DNA of 26,639 nucleotides. It comes from Chiloscyllium plagiosum (lineage: Eukaryota). Shown here piece after piece: positions 1-10,438 of the stretch (position 1 is its first letter; every line of letters starts with the position of its first letter). The translations under genes and the position numbers were made by a program. The notes below the pieces were generated by a model. The model saw only the letters and a list, made by a program, of their open reading frames with translations. It had not been told where the DNA came from and made no database searches. The stretch covers positions 93,387,946 through 93,414,584 of the forward strand of contig NC_057719.1 of assembly GCF_004010195.1 (NCBI RefSeq), in the 5' to 3' direction.

Positions 1-122
1 AAATAGAAAGTGGGACATAACAGCAGCACTTCAACGGCAGTTCATTGGTGAAGTTCCCTAGTATAGTGATGAACCGTCTGAAAATGAACTCTCCAGCTGA
101 GTGAGCAAACTGACATCCAGAA
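1..122 (+). mobile_element. 3' end (pLTR) remnant of a Penelope-like element with a degenerate hammerhead motif
   Basis: TCA TTGGTGA AGTTCCCTAGTATAGTGAT GAACCGTC TGA (42-81) has the same layout as the PLE terminal hammerhead at 13457-13496, with core mutations. Confidence 0.6.
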
Positions 123-207
123 TAAGCCATTTTCTCTCATCATTCCTTTAATTCAATCCTTAGTTCCAGTTATCATTCTGATTTTTTATAAGGTTACTGG
201 TATTCTT

Positions 208-249
208 CTGAGAGAGAGACAGAGAGAGGAAGAGAAAGAGAGAGAGAGA
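208..249 (+). repeat. Imperfect (GA)n microsatellite
   Basis: Visible GAGAGA tract with interruptions. Confidence 0.85.
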
Positions 250-261
250 AAACAATCCTGT

Positions 262-495
262 CTAATCTCTGGATTACTGCCCGTGCCATGTGGAAGAGTA
301 GTAAGGATTAGGAAGACAATTTCGCTTAACACATTGTTAAAAAGTTACTTCAGTGTTGAAGGTTTCAGATTTTTGTATCATTGGGATATCTTCCAGGACA
401 GGTGGGACCTGTACAAAAAAGAGAGGTTGCGTATTAACTGGAGGACCAACAACATCCTTGTGGGGAGGTTTGCTAGTGCAAGTCGAATGAATTAA
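262..495 (+). mobile_element. CR1/HER1-type LINE ORF1 C-terminal fragment (SGNH esterase-like), decayed
   Basis: ISGLLPVP…LNTLLKSY…EGFRFLYHWDIFQDRWDLYKKERLRINWRTNNILVGRF resembles the CR1 ORF1 esterase motif (…DLYKxDGLHLNxxG…). Confidence 0.8.
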
Positions 496-819
496 ACCAA
501 CAAACCATAAGAGTAATAACCAAAGCAGCAGGTCAGAAACTGAGCAGAAGGTAGAGATGAATAGGACATCACGTATGACCAGTCTAATGACCATGTTGAG
601 GGAAGGAATCATATCAGTTCAAAATATGAGTTGGGATAAATGTTAGAGATAAGGCTCAAGTTTATCTGGGATTAACAAATAAGGATGAAGATTGTGGGGG
701 ACTTGATGGAATGAGATGTGTGGGATCAGGAAGCTAGTGCACAATAAAATAATAAAGGGTAAAGAGGTTGGGGTGGAGTGGGGTGCGGATTGCTGTGATG
801 AACAATTAGCAATAAAGCA

Positions 820-1640
820 CAGGAAGTGAATACGCAAAGGCGTTTTAAAAGTTTGTGAGGTTACCTGCCTCAACTACCCTCCTAGGCAATACGTTCCACA
901 GACATACCGCCAGGGGAAGCACTCCTGCCACACAGCGCTGGGACACAGGTTTGATTCCAGCCTCGGATAACTGTCTGTGTGGTGTTTGTACATTCTCCCC
1001 ATGTCTGCGTGGGTTACCTCCTAGTGCTCCGAATTCTTCCCACAATCCAAAGATGTGCAGGTTACTTGAATTGGCCATGCTAAATCGCCCATAGTATTAA
1101 GGGATGTGTAGGTTAGGTGCATTAGTCAAGGGTAAATATAGGAGGAATGGGTTTGGGTGAGGTCCTCTTCGGAGTGTCAGTGTGGGCTTGTTGGGCCAAA
1201 GGGTCTGTTTCCACACTGTAGGGATTCTATATTATATGTCTATACGACCCTCTCAGTCCAAAACAAACTCCACAAAGCCTCTCTCAATCCCCTGTCCTTC
1301 ACTTTAAGCATGTGTCCCTTTGTGTTTGACCCTGCAAGTAAGGGAAACAGCTGCTGTTTGTTCATCCTCTCCATACCCTTTATGGTCTTGTACACCTGTA
1401 CCTGGTTCCCTCCTCAACCTTCCCTTCTACAAAGAAAAAAGATGCACATTTAGCCCGCCTTCTTCACAGTTTGTCTTGTCTTGTTAATTTAGATATGCAT
1501 CATCTCACATTTAGCAGTGTTAAGTTTCATCGGCCATTGATCTGGTTATTGAAATCATCTGTTTATATCGTCCTGTAGCCTAACCCTTTTCTCCTCGATA
1601 TGAACCACTCAGCTAATCTTTGTGTCATCTCTAACATTAT
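820..1640 (-). mobile_element. Decayed CR1 LINE 3' fragments, interrupted by an HE1 SINE
   Basis: Minus-strand LWNVLPRRVVEAGNLTNF (CR1 ORF2 C-terminus) near 845-905; further CR1-like sequence continues after 1235. Confidence 0.65.
918..1230 (+). mobile_element. HE1-type (V-SINE) tRNA-derived SINE, 5'-eroded
   Basis: B-box-like GGTTTGATTCC, body CTGTCTGTGTGG…TCTGCGTGGGTT…CCAAAGATGTGCAGGTTA and tail CTGTTTCCACACTGTAGGGATTCTAT; homologous to 8185-8458. Confidence 0.85.
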
Positions 1641-2260
1641 TTATCATCCCACAGACACTCATCTTCCATATTCTCACCATCTTCATTTAGGAATATCACA
1701 AACAAACCTTGAATCCCTTCTGTTCTCCAGAGGCTACTCTCAGAGCTAGAATGAATAATTTCAGTTTCTTGCTTATTTTGGCAAATTTACAGAGTGATGT
1801 AGTTAACATCTTTTATGAGGGAGCCACAAATAGCATTTTCGACACAGTTGAATTCAGCTGTGTCCATCTGCATGTCTTATTCACTATATGTCTTATTCAT
1901 AAAACTTGTAAATAATTTAAGAAGCACTAGGGTTTGGCACCTTGCATTGGATCATTAGCATTTTGCGTGGCACTGTTCTTTTAACATTCCCTGTAATAAT
2001 CAGAGCTGAAGAAATTATTCATCTGCAGAATGGACAGAAACTCATTCATTGTTTGTTTGAATCAGCAAGTTTGATGAAAATAAAATTTCAATTAATTTTT
2101 ACGCTGTGGACAAGCTTCAGGAGATCAAATCGTATTCTCATGGCTACCTTAAATTGGCAGCAAACACATACCATAAAAAAAATCAGAAATGCTAAGACAC
2201 CACACTAGGGGAGAAAAAACATATCATCTGCATTTGTTGGAGATCTAGAAACAAGAGTAT

Positions 2261-3023
2261 ATGTACAATCTGAACAAGAATCAAGTGATAGAAAAAGAAG
2301 TACATGAATTGTTTTCTTAATTTTGAATGGAAATCAGATCTCGATTTTCCTGAACAGTGATTTTTTTTCACCCAATCTTACTTCGCTAAAAATAAGCGTT
2401 TCCCTGTCACTGAAACTTCATCTGCCAATCCTCCTCATCCTTCCTACTCTTTCCTTACACTCCTACTTCCCTTGCACTATCCCTTCTGCTGATACATACT
2501 CTTCCACTGATGATATCTTTTCACACCCTTTTTCTGCCACTCTCACTGTATGGTAAATCAATTCCCCAGTTACTTCATCTTCCCCCTGGCCAACCATGCC
2601 ATTTTTGCTTTCCAAATGGGATGAAGGCTTCTGTGTTGCTATTGGTCGTCAGTGAATGACAAGATTAAGATGATCAATGTCCAAGACGAACAGACAATAG
2701 TGTGTGTCTGTCACTGTCCGATGCGCCATGAACAGGGTGGCATTGTTCCCCACGGTATAGAGTAGAGCTTCTTTGTCTCTCTCTGTCACAGCGCTTAACA
2801 AAACAGCCTCATCACAAATAGGATAAATCTCACCTCAGAATCAGAAGTTCATGTACAATCTGAACAAGAATCAAGTGATAGAAAAAGAAGTACATGAAAT
2901 GTTTTCTTAATTTTGAATGGAAATCAGATCTCGATTTTCCAGAACAGTGATTTTTTTCACCCAATCGTACTTCACTAAAAATAAGCGTTTCTCTGTCACT
3001 GAAACTTCATCTGCCACTCCTCC
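2261..3023 (+). repeat. Direct repeat of about 174 bp (2261-2434 and 2851-3023) around a 416-bp spacer
   Basis: Both copies run ATGTACAATCTGAACAAGAATC…TGAAACTTCATCTGCCA(A/C)TCCTCC; by eye they differ by 6 substitutions and one T-run indel. Confidence 0.95.
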
Positions 3024-3639
3024 CTTAAACATTGTGAGGAGAGTGAGCACATTGTTCAAACAAACCAGATTCGATCCTTTTGCTCTTTATTATTTTAGCT
3101 GATGTTCCAATGTCATTAGAGGTGAGAGCAGTGTAACTTCCTTTGTATTTGACCCATGTGGCATCAAGGAACCTGCACAAACTGCGGTCAACGGGAATCG
3201 GAGGAAATTCTGCACCGGTTATTTCCTCACTGAACAATGACACCTTCCCCAGAGCTATTGAGAATGACAAATAAACTCTGCTCTTGTTCGTGCCTTCCAA
3301 AACCACGGATAAATTTGTCCTGTTAATAACATCATGACATATGATGTTTTCGCAGTTTGGGTCAGAAATGTTAGCTCTTGCTGGTTGAGTGTCACCCCAG
3401 TGAAATCAAGTTGTTGCAATATCATTACGGTCCTTGATTATTTTCTGAGGACTGATCAAGCGATATCTGTGCCACTGTGTCATCAAGTTCTCTGTCCATC
3501 AGCATCGCATTTCATTCACTCAAGATTGCACCACTCCACAATTCGAATTTATTGCCTGGCTGATTCACCGTGCTAATCAGATATACTGTGCCACAGTTCG
3601 CAACAACGGAGAGATGCCCATGACCCTCTGGAACCTGCC

Positions 3640-3763
3640 TGAACAATATAGGTCCTTCAGCCCATGACGTCCTGGCGACCTTTTATCCTACTTTAAGATC
3701 AGACTAACCTACATACCCTTCATTGTTCTATCATTCATGTACCTATCCAATAGTCTCTTAAAT
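3640..3763 (-). mobile_element. CR1 LINE 3' UTR/tail fragment
   Basis: GGTCCTTCAGCCCATG…TACCTATCCAATAGTCTCTTAAAT resembles the antisense CR1 tails at 9271-9440 and 13250-13415. Confidence 0.6.
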
Positions 3764-6052
3764 ATCCGCAACCCCACCTCCTGTTGTCTATGCACCATCC
3801 CTCCTGAACATCCACTCTCTGATGCTGAATGTTCTATACTCAGCAAATATCTGAACTTTACCTCTCCGAGCCCCAACTTTAATGAATTTCCGGCTCAACA
3901 TGATGGTGAACTGTTTTTTTTTCCATGGTCTTCGTCTCAGTGCCCATTTCTTTGAATAAGATTCCTCTCCCTGCCCCATAGACAACGTCACCAAGCTCCA
4001 ACACTCTCCCTCCACCTCGACCCCTCACTCTACCATTTTACCTGAACATAATCTGTTCATTGAGATCTCTGGACGTGACATTGGCTGTCTTAATTTCACT
4101 TCATCACCCTCACTCATACCAACGTTTCACAGTCTGAATGGACTACATTCCTTGCGCTTAGATCCAACCCTGACAGTGTTATTCAGCCTGGGTCAATAAG
4201 GCTGGTGCTGCTGTAGTCTGGTTGTCTGACCATCACAATGTACAGGCTGAGCACCCACTCTCAAATACCTCCTCCTATCTGAGGTCCATTAGCCTACCAT
4301 GGGACATCAGGCCACTTCATCCACTACAATAACTGTCCTCATTTCATCTGGAGATTTCCACCCCACTAACCCCCAATTAACGGCGTCCAAACTGATATCC
4401 GAGCTCGCTTTTACTCCTCCTGAAAAACCAAAAAACAGAGCTGTCTGGGCAGACTCATTGCTTCAGCCTGCTCCTGGCATACGGAGGGAGTTCATGGATA
4501 CACATTTGTGTCCCAGCTATACCTGTTTCTTCATGGGGTACGTAGACGATTCCCTATTTTAGTTCTATTCCTGCCCCCATCCGTAACTCTTTCTCCAATA
4601 CATAGATGTTATCATCGCTGCTGCGTCTCTCTCTTGTCCAGAATTGGAAAAGTACATCGATTTCACTTCCAATTTGTACCCGTCTCTCACTTTAATCTGG
4701 TCTATCACTGGCTTCTTCCTTTCTTTCCTCGACATCTCTGCTTCTATTTCGGGGGATAGACCAGCCACTGATACCCCACTGAGTCCTAAAGCTGTCTGGA
4801 TTATACATCCACACACCCTGTTTCCTGAAAAGACTCCATTCCATTCTCATCCATTTCCACTGCATTGCTTCTGATGATGCCAAATTCAACAAGGAAGTCT
4901 TTGAAATGTCCACATTATTTCCACCATTATTATCAACATTCCTGATTAAGGGCGTTCGCCCGAAACGTCGATTTTCCTGCTCCTCGGATGCTGCCTGAAC
5001 TGCTGTGCTTTTCCAGCACCACTCTAATCTAGAATCTGGTATCCAGCATAATCTGTCATTATTTCTACCCACCTCATTCCTCAACCAAAGATTCCCGAGC
5101 ACTGTTGTCAACAGGGTCCTCAACCAGGTATGAACATTCTCCTGAACTTCCTGCCTCCTCCTCCCCATCTCTCCAGCAACAGAGTTCCCCATGTCCTGAG
5201 TTACCATCCACCCAGCATTCACATGCAGCGGATCAGTAGCCCTCATTTCCTCGCTCCCCCCCCCCCCCACCTCCAGCGAGATACAACCACCAGACACATA
5301 TTCACCTCCATTCCCTTTTTCGCCTTCTGGAGGGATTATTCCCTCCAGGCCACACTGGTATGATCTTTATTCACCCCCACCACAGGTCCAATTCTCTTAC
5401 CACTGCCGGAGGTGTGACACTTTCCCATTTAACCCCCCTCCACAGTATCCAAGAGCGCAGCCATACCTTCTAGGTGAAGCAGCACGTTACCAACATTTCC
5501 CACAAACTGGCCAACCACATTCGTTGCTCACCATTTGGTCACCTCTCCATCGGGGAAACGAAGGTTAGACTGAGTGACCACATCACAGAACATCCATGTT
5601 GTACCTCTGCAAAGTACCCTGAGCTTCAAGTTACCTGCAAGCTTAACACTCTATGCTGTTCCCTGGTCAATATCTCTGTGCCACTGATGCAATGCTCCAG
5701 GAAAGTTCGCCGCAAACTGGAAGAACAACACATCATTTTCCATGTGCGGACCCTGCAGCCATTCAGTCTCAAAATCAAGTTCAATAATTTTAGGGCCTGA
5801 ACTCTCCGAAGTCCTAGACCCTACCCATGCACCAGGCCCAGTTATCACATCGCCTTCCATTGCTTACCCCGTACTGTTAGCTCGTAACAGTCTCCATTAA
5901 CAGCTTTTCAGTCTCTTCCGCATATCAAGCAACATTTTCAGAGCTACCATCAGTTCGGAGGAAGGGTTACCGGAACGAATCATTACCTCTGATTTCTCTG
6001 AACAGATGCTACCAGACCTGCTGAACATTTGCAGCAATATCTGCTTTTGTTT
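3764..6052 (+). mobile_element. Penelope-like element (RT + GIY-YIG endonuclease + pLTR), heavily decayed
   Basis: TIPPEHPLSDAECSILSKYLNF…NEFPAQHDGELFF (PLE N-terminus); PSYTCFFMGYV and YID motifs (PLE RT); IGETKVRLSDHITEH…RKLEEQHIIFHVRTLQP…KFNNFR* (GIY-YIG C-terminus, 5474-5800); degenerate hammerhead-bearing pLTR at 5951-6052. Confidence 0.9.
4914..5069 (+). mobile_element. Short non-autonomous PLE pLTR-derived insertion with a hammerhead-like motif, nested in the Penelope element
   Basis: CTGATTA-A-GGGC-GTTC-GCCC-GAAAC-GTC at 4942-4969; homologous to 9908-10034; host PLE reads through when it is removed. Confidence 0.75.
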
Positions 6053-6241
6053 TAACATTTTCATGACAAGTGCTCACAATGCCATACATCATTGATATTT
6101 GGAGCCCTGTCAAACATAGGAACTTTGTAATTTTTCATTTAATGTCCAAAACAAATTACTCAAGTTTCACCTGAGATAGCGTCTTTGCTGTCATCATTCT
6201 GATCAGACAATTTGTCACAGTTCAGAAAGAAAAAGATATCG

Positions 6242-6427
6242 AAAGAGCTGGAGCGAAACTTAGCAGTTCTGGCACCATCTGAGCAGAGATGCACAGAATT
6301 AACCTTTGATTCTAATATGACTTTTTCAGAACAGTGTCACATCATATTCGATATGTTAACTCTGTTTCTTTCTGCAGATACTTCCTCATCTGTTGCCTTT
6401 CTCCACCATTTTCAGTTTGTATTTCAT
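6242..6427. mobile_element. Inverted (palindromic) pair of PLE pLTR-derived sequences, decayed
   Basis: Left arm (CTGGAGCGAAACTTAGCAG…CACAGAATTAAC) is roughly the reverse complement of the right arm (GTTAACTCTGTTTC…TTTCTCCACCATTTT); both resemble 5980-6050. Confidence 0.65.
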
Positions 6428-6939
6428 GTTTATATATAATTATATTCCATGTTTCTTGACAGGTCTACATGTTGAACTTGGTTGTATTTGGGCAATGTGG
6501 CCCTTTCATGTTCCTATCAGTTTGTGTGTCTGTGACACCTGTATAATGGCCGAACTCTGTTCCTTATTTAAGATTCAAATAGCGAAAAAAGAAATTTTCT
6601 GAATATCCTGGACATCTCAGGAAATCCACTATGTCTGAAAATACATTTTAGAGGAAGCATAACTTCATGAAATAATAGGAATAGATTACTAATGATGGAA
6701 TACTCTGTGCCCTTCGTTGAACAAGGTTGTCTCCCCGCTCTCCAAAGGCTTTGAATGTATATCTCAGAATTATTACAGCAACGGTGGTGGAAAATTAGCC
6801 CATCGTCTCTTCCAGATTGGAACGAGCGATATCTCTACTATTATTCTCTTGTATTGTCCCCCTAGTTCTTCAAATTTTGTTATTAGTGTCTACTTTTAAT
6901 TGTCAGTATGCTGCCAGGTATGAACAGTATGACCAATGT

Positions 6940-7035
6940 CAAACAAAAACAGTAATTGGAGGGAAAACTTAGCTGGTCGGGCAGTATCTGTGAAGAGAAA
7001 TCAAAGTTAATGTTTCAGATCCGGTGACTCCATTC
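6940..7035 (-). mobile_element. PLE pLTR fragment
   Basis: Reverse complement resembles 5960-6052 (…GAAACATTAACTTTGATTTCTCTTCACAGATACTGCCCGACCAGCT…). Confidence 0.65.
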
Positions 7036-8010
7036 AATCTGTATACCCAATGATTAAGTGGTGTGTATACAAAATATAGTTCATTTTATCACATTTAAAA
7101 TTGTCCTGTTCAGAACACATTATCATTCAGCATCGCGTCTCTCAAACATTGTCTGTTTCCTTGTTGTGCATGAGATGGATTTCGATCTGTCAGGAAGAAT
7201 GATGATGACTGGGGAATAACATTGTACTCCCAATGCAGTCTCCACAGCCACTGCCCCAATTCCATCCTATCTCCCAACCAATGTTATATTCATTCGCCCG
7301 CTGACTCATTAATTCATAGGTATTAATGAATAAGTTCATTGTACTTATCACTTTTGGTTTTGGACTGAGGCCAAAAAGCGTAAAAAATGCTGTTTTACAG
7401 CAAATAAAAATGCATTAAGATGTTTGTCAGTTCATATAAATAAATTACTGAAGCATATTCTGTATGGAAATTCCAAAGATGCCTTATTAAAGCAGTGAGA
7501 GGAACATTCAGAGAAGTCCACACTTCCTGTCTATGTTCAGGGAAACTGTGCCCATTGGCTGGCGTTCATTTCCGTGGAGAAGAGATCAGCACAGGAACAA
7601 CATCCTGCTTTTGTTTTTTTGGGGTGGGAGCGTGGAGTGATTTGGGGAGAAATAGTTACAGCATTGCAAACGTACAACAGAGCAGAGTCATCTCGCCAAT
7701 GAAAAGAAAACAGCCATTCTTCTCCCTCACAACTGACTTGAATAGAGCAATTGCTGATCCCAGATATGACCAATAGCCAGCAATGTCAACATGCAGTCCA
7801 GTCCAGTTATATTGGGAACGGTATGTGCTGTATTGAAAGCTGGAACTGTTTGCTCAGTGACTGTGATTGCTGTCCATCTCCATGCATTGTAGTCATGTCA
7901 CGGGAGGGTTTCCCTCTCCTACTGCTGAGGGGCTTCACTCAGTGCGCTATCCCACTGTAGTATCAGATGTATCAGCTCAAGCGGTAAGAGAGATCAGCAG
8001 ATGGAAAGAC

Positions 8011-8470
8011 ATGGAGAGGACAGAGCTGAATCTGAGAATAGCGGACTGAAACGTTACAACAATGCGGAGGAGTATTTCCTTGGTTGTTATCATGATTTCC
8101 CTCTATTGGGAATTTCTATCATATCGGATATTAGCGGTGCTGATGATTATTCTGGGCGAGGTGGAGTGTGTGCTACTGACCTATGGGCGGCACGGTGGCA
8201 CAGTGGTTAGTACTGCTAGAGACCCGGGTTCAATTCTCGCGTCTGGCAACTGTCTGTGTGGAGTTTGCACAGTCGCAACACGTCTGCGTGGGTTTCCTCC
8301 TACAGTCCAAAAATGTGCAAGGTAGGGCAACTGGCCATGCTAAATTGCCCGTATAGGTAGGTGTAGGGGAATGGGTTTGGGTGAGTTGCTGTTTGGTGGG
8401 TCGGTGTGAACTTATTGGGCCTGTTTCCACACTGTAAGTAATCTAAATCTCAATCTAACGTTGGTGTTCT
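8011..8470 (+). pseudogene. Disabled first coding exon of a GPR139/GPR142-like GPCR paralogue
   Basis: MERTELNLRIAD*NVTTMRRSISLVVIMISLYWEFLSYRILAVLMII, then frameshifted TAC TGA CCT AT (Y*PI, 8174-8184), an HE1 SINE, then GTT GGT GTT C (VGV, 8460-8469). 8137-8152 matches 21105-21120 at 14/16 nt. Flanking upstream and intron sequence is also homologous to the 21 kb exon. The splice donor is missing. Confidence 0.7.
8185..8458 (+). mobile_element. HE1-type SINE inserted into the GPCR pseudo-exon
   Basis: GGGCGGCACGG start, A box TGGCACAGTGG (8196-8206), B box GGTTCAATTC (8227-8236), tail CTGTTTCCACACTGTAAGTAATCTAA. Confidence 0.9.
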
Positions 8471-9039
8471 CTACCTCTGTCCATTCACTAATTACATAAT
8501 TGGTGAACTTCATGAAAATTTCTGTTATCTATATTTGTCAAAGAAAGAAACTGTTGTCTTCAGTTTCAATCGCAGTCTCCATTCATTATTCATGAATTGC
8601 AGACCACTTCCTTACAAACATCTGAGAACAAAAATTTGCACAACCTCGAGATCCCCTTTTGCCCTGAACTGATTTATTCTCGCATTTGGTCTGCCACCAA
8701 ACCTGGCCACTACCAGCTCCTAATATTCCCAATCTTCATGTCTGCGTCAGTGCTGTTGCTGAACAAACCATTGTCGACACGTTGGTAAAATTCAGACTTT
8801 ATGTGTCAGGCTCTCTTCTGACCACTTTTCCCGTTACAAATATTTCAATCACAAAGCTGATCTTGTCTTGGACGTTACTTCATGATTAGAACAATGTATC
8901 AGAGTTGGAATGGCGCTGGATGTAATTCAGAAGCAAAGCTTATTAAACAATATATATTTTTGCAAGCGATTTGTTTCAACTCCTGCCACAGTTGATGGCA
9001 GAAGCTAAATAAAACTGATCAGACTTGTAATAAAAATGA

Positions 9040-9270
9040 ATTTCAAGAAGAACAACCATAAAACCAGCATTTTGTCTGAAAACCTATCTGTTTCACTGTT
9101 GTCCTTCGTTAAAGAAATCTAACGTTATTACAAGGTCTGGGTTAAATATGACTTCAGACCCATAAAAATGTGCTTGATTTTATATTGGCTTGTGAAATGG
9201 CCTTGGATTCAGGTCAATTAGTGATGGTCAACAAATGCTGCCCTTGGCAGAGATGCCGACATCCCAAGAA
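9040..9270 (+). mobile_element. Old SINE-like repeat ending in a CR1-type tail
   Basis: Homologous to 21640-21855; its tail (GATGGTCAACAAATGCTG…ACATCCCA) matches the 3' end of the LINE at 16125. Confidence 0.65.
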
Positions 9271-10059
9271 ACAATAGACAATAGACACTAGGTGCAGGAG
9301 AAGGCCATTCTGCCCTTCGAGCCTGCACACCATTCAATGTGATCATGGCTGATCATCCTTAATCAGTATCCTGTTCCTGCCTTACCTCCATAGCCCTTGA
9401 TTCCACATTCCTTGAGAGCTCTATCCAAGTTTTTCTTAAACGAATCCAGAGACTGGGCCTCCACTGCCCTCTGTGGCAGAGCATTCCACACAGCCACCAC
9501 TCTCTGGGTGAAGAAGTTTCTCCTCATCTCTGTCCTAAATGGTCTACCCCGTATTTTTAAGCTATGTCCTCTGGTTCGGCACTCACCCATGTTTCCTGCC
9601 TCCAGAGTGTCCAATCCTTTAATAATCTTATATGTCTCCATCAGATCCTCTCTCAGTCTTCTAAACTCAAGATATACAAGCCCAGTCGCTCGAGTCTTTC
9701 AGTGTAACATAATCCCGCCATTCCAGGAAATGACCTCATGAACCTACGCTGCACTCCCTCAATAGCTAGAATGTCTTTCCTCAAATTTGGAGACCAGAAC
9801 TGCACTTAGTGCTCCAGGTGTGGCCACACCAGGGCCCTGTACAGCTGCAGAAGAACCACTTTGCTTCTATACTCATTCCCTCTTGTTATGAAGGCCAGCA
9901 TGCTATTCCTGAAGAAGGGCTCATGCCTGAAACGTCGATTCTCCTGCTCCTTGGATGCTGCCTGACCTGCTGCACTTTTCCAGCAACACATTTTCAGCTC
10001 TGATCTCCAGCATCTGCAGTCCTCACTTTCTCCTCCAGCATGCTATTAGCCTTCTTCGC
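9271..10059 (-). mobile_element. CR1 LINE 3' end (ORF2 C-terminus, 3' UTR, (CTATTGT)n-type tail)
   Basis: LAFITRGNEYRSKVVLLQLYRALVWPHLE; ETYKIIKGLD…TRGHSLKI…RRNFFTQRVVAVWNALP; tandem ACAATAG repeats at 9271-9291. Confidence 0.92.
9908..10034 (+). mobile_element. 127-bp non-autonomous PLE-derived insertion with a hammerhead-like motif and 13-bp target-site duplication
   Basis: Flanked by exact CCAGCATGCTATT at 9895-9907 and 10035-10047; begins C-CTGAAGA-A-GGGC-TCAT-GCCT-GAAAC-GTC. Confidence 0.88.
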
Positions 10060-10060
10060 C

Positions 10061-10140
10061 GGGTGCGGGGTTCCCGGACTATGAGGTTGGAAACTGTGGG
10101 TGGGAGATCTCCTGAGGTGATGAGTTTCTGTATGATCTGG
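10061..10140 (-). mobile_element. 80-bp Penelope RT fragment at a rearrangement junction
   Basis: Minus strand translates QIIQKLITSGDLPPTVSNLIVREPRT, similar to VLISSGDFHPT in the PLE at about 4335. Confidence 0.7.
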
Positions 10141-10438
10141 ATAGTAGTAACAGGATAGGTCAGAGTCAGTATGGATTTATGAAGGGGAAATCATGCTTGA
10201 CTAATCTTCTTGAATTTTTTGAGGATGTAACTCTGAAGTTGGACGAGGGAGATCCAGTAGATGTAGTGTACCTGGACTTTATCAAAAGCTTTCTGAAAGT
10301 TCAGGTACACTACATCTACTGGATCTTCCTCGTCCATCTTCAGTTACATCCTCAAAAATTCAAGAAGATTAGTCAAGCATGATTTCCTTTTCATAAATCC
10401 ATGCTGACTCTGTCCGATCCTGTTACTACTATCCAGAT
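10135..10438. repeat. Fold-back inverted repeat of CR1 RT sequence (arms of about 145 bp)
   Basis: 10135-10280 is the near reverse complement of 10296-10438; both encode QHGFMKxKSCLTNLLEF. Confidence 0.95.

Noticed and set aside
2650..2810. Minus-strand GNNATLFMAHRTVTDTHYC resembling Ig V E/F strands
   Set aside because: Short frame bounded by stops, with no upstream Cys/Trp at the expected spacing and no convincing splice sites.
4871..4877. CTGATGA hammerhead core word
   Set aside because: It lies in PLE coding sequence with no stem II or GAAA following.
4692..5297. 201-aa minus-strand ORF
   Set aside because: Antisense to Penelope sequence and the nested insertion; no protein motif.
6790..6922. 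Possible third GPCR exon 1 (YLYYYSL, hydrophobic frame, AG/GTATGA donor)
   Set aside because: No YYP…GVP motif and none of the upstream or intron blocks shared by the other two cassettes.
7537..8110. Ig-domain-like wording (NCSIQVSCEG…LYVC on minus; ELNLRIAD…EEYFLGC on plus)
   Set aside because: Cys/Trp spacing is wrong and no recombination signal sequences were seen; the plus-strand part is better explained as the GPCR exon-1 paralogue.
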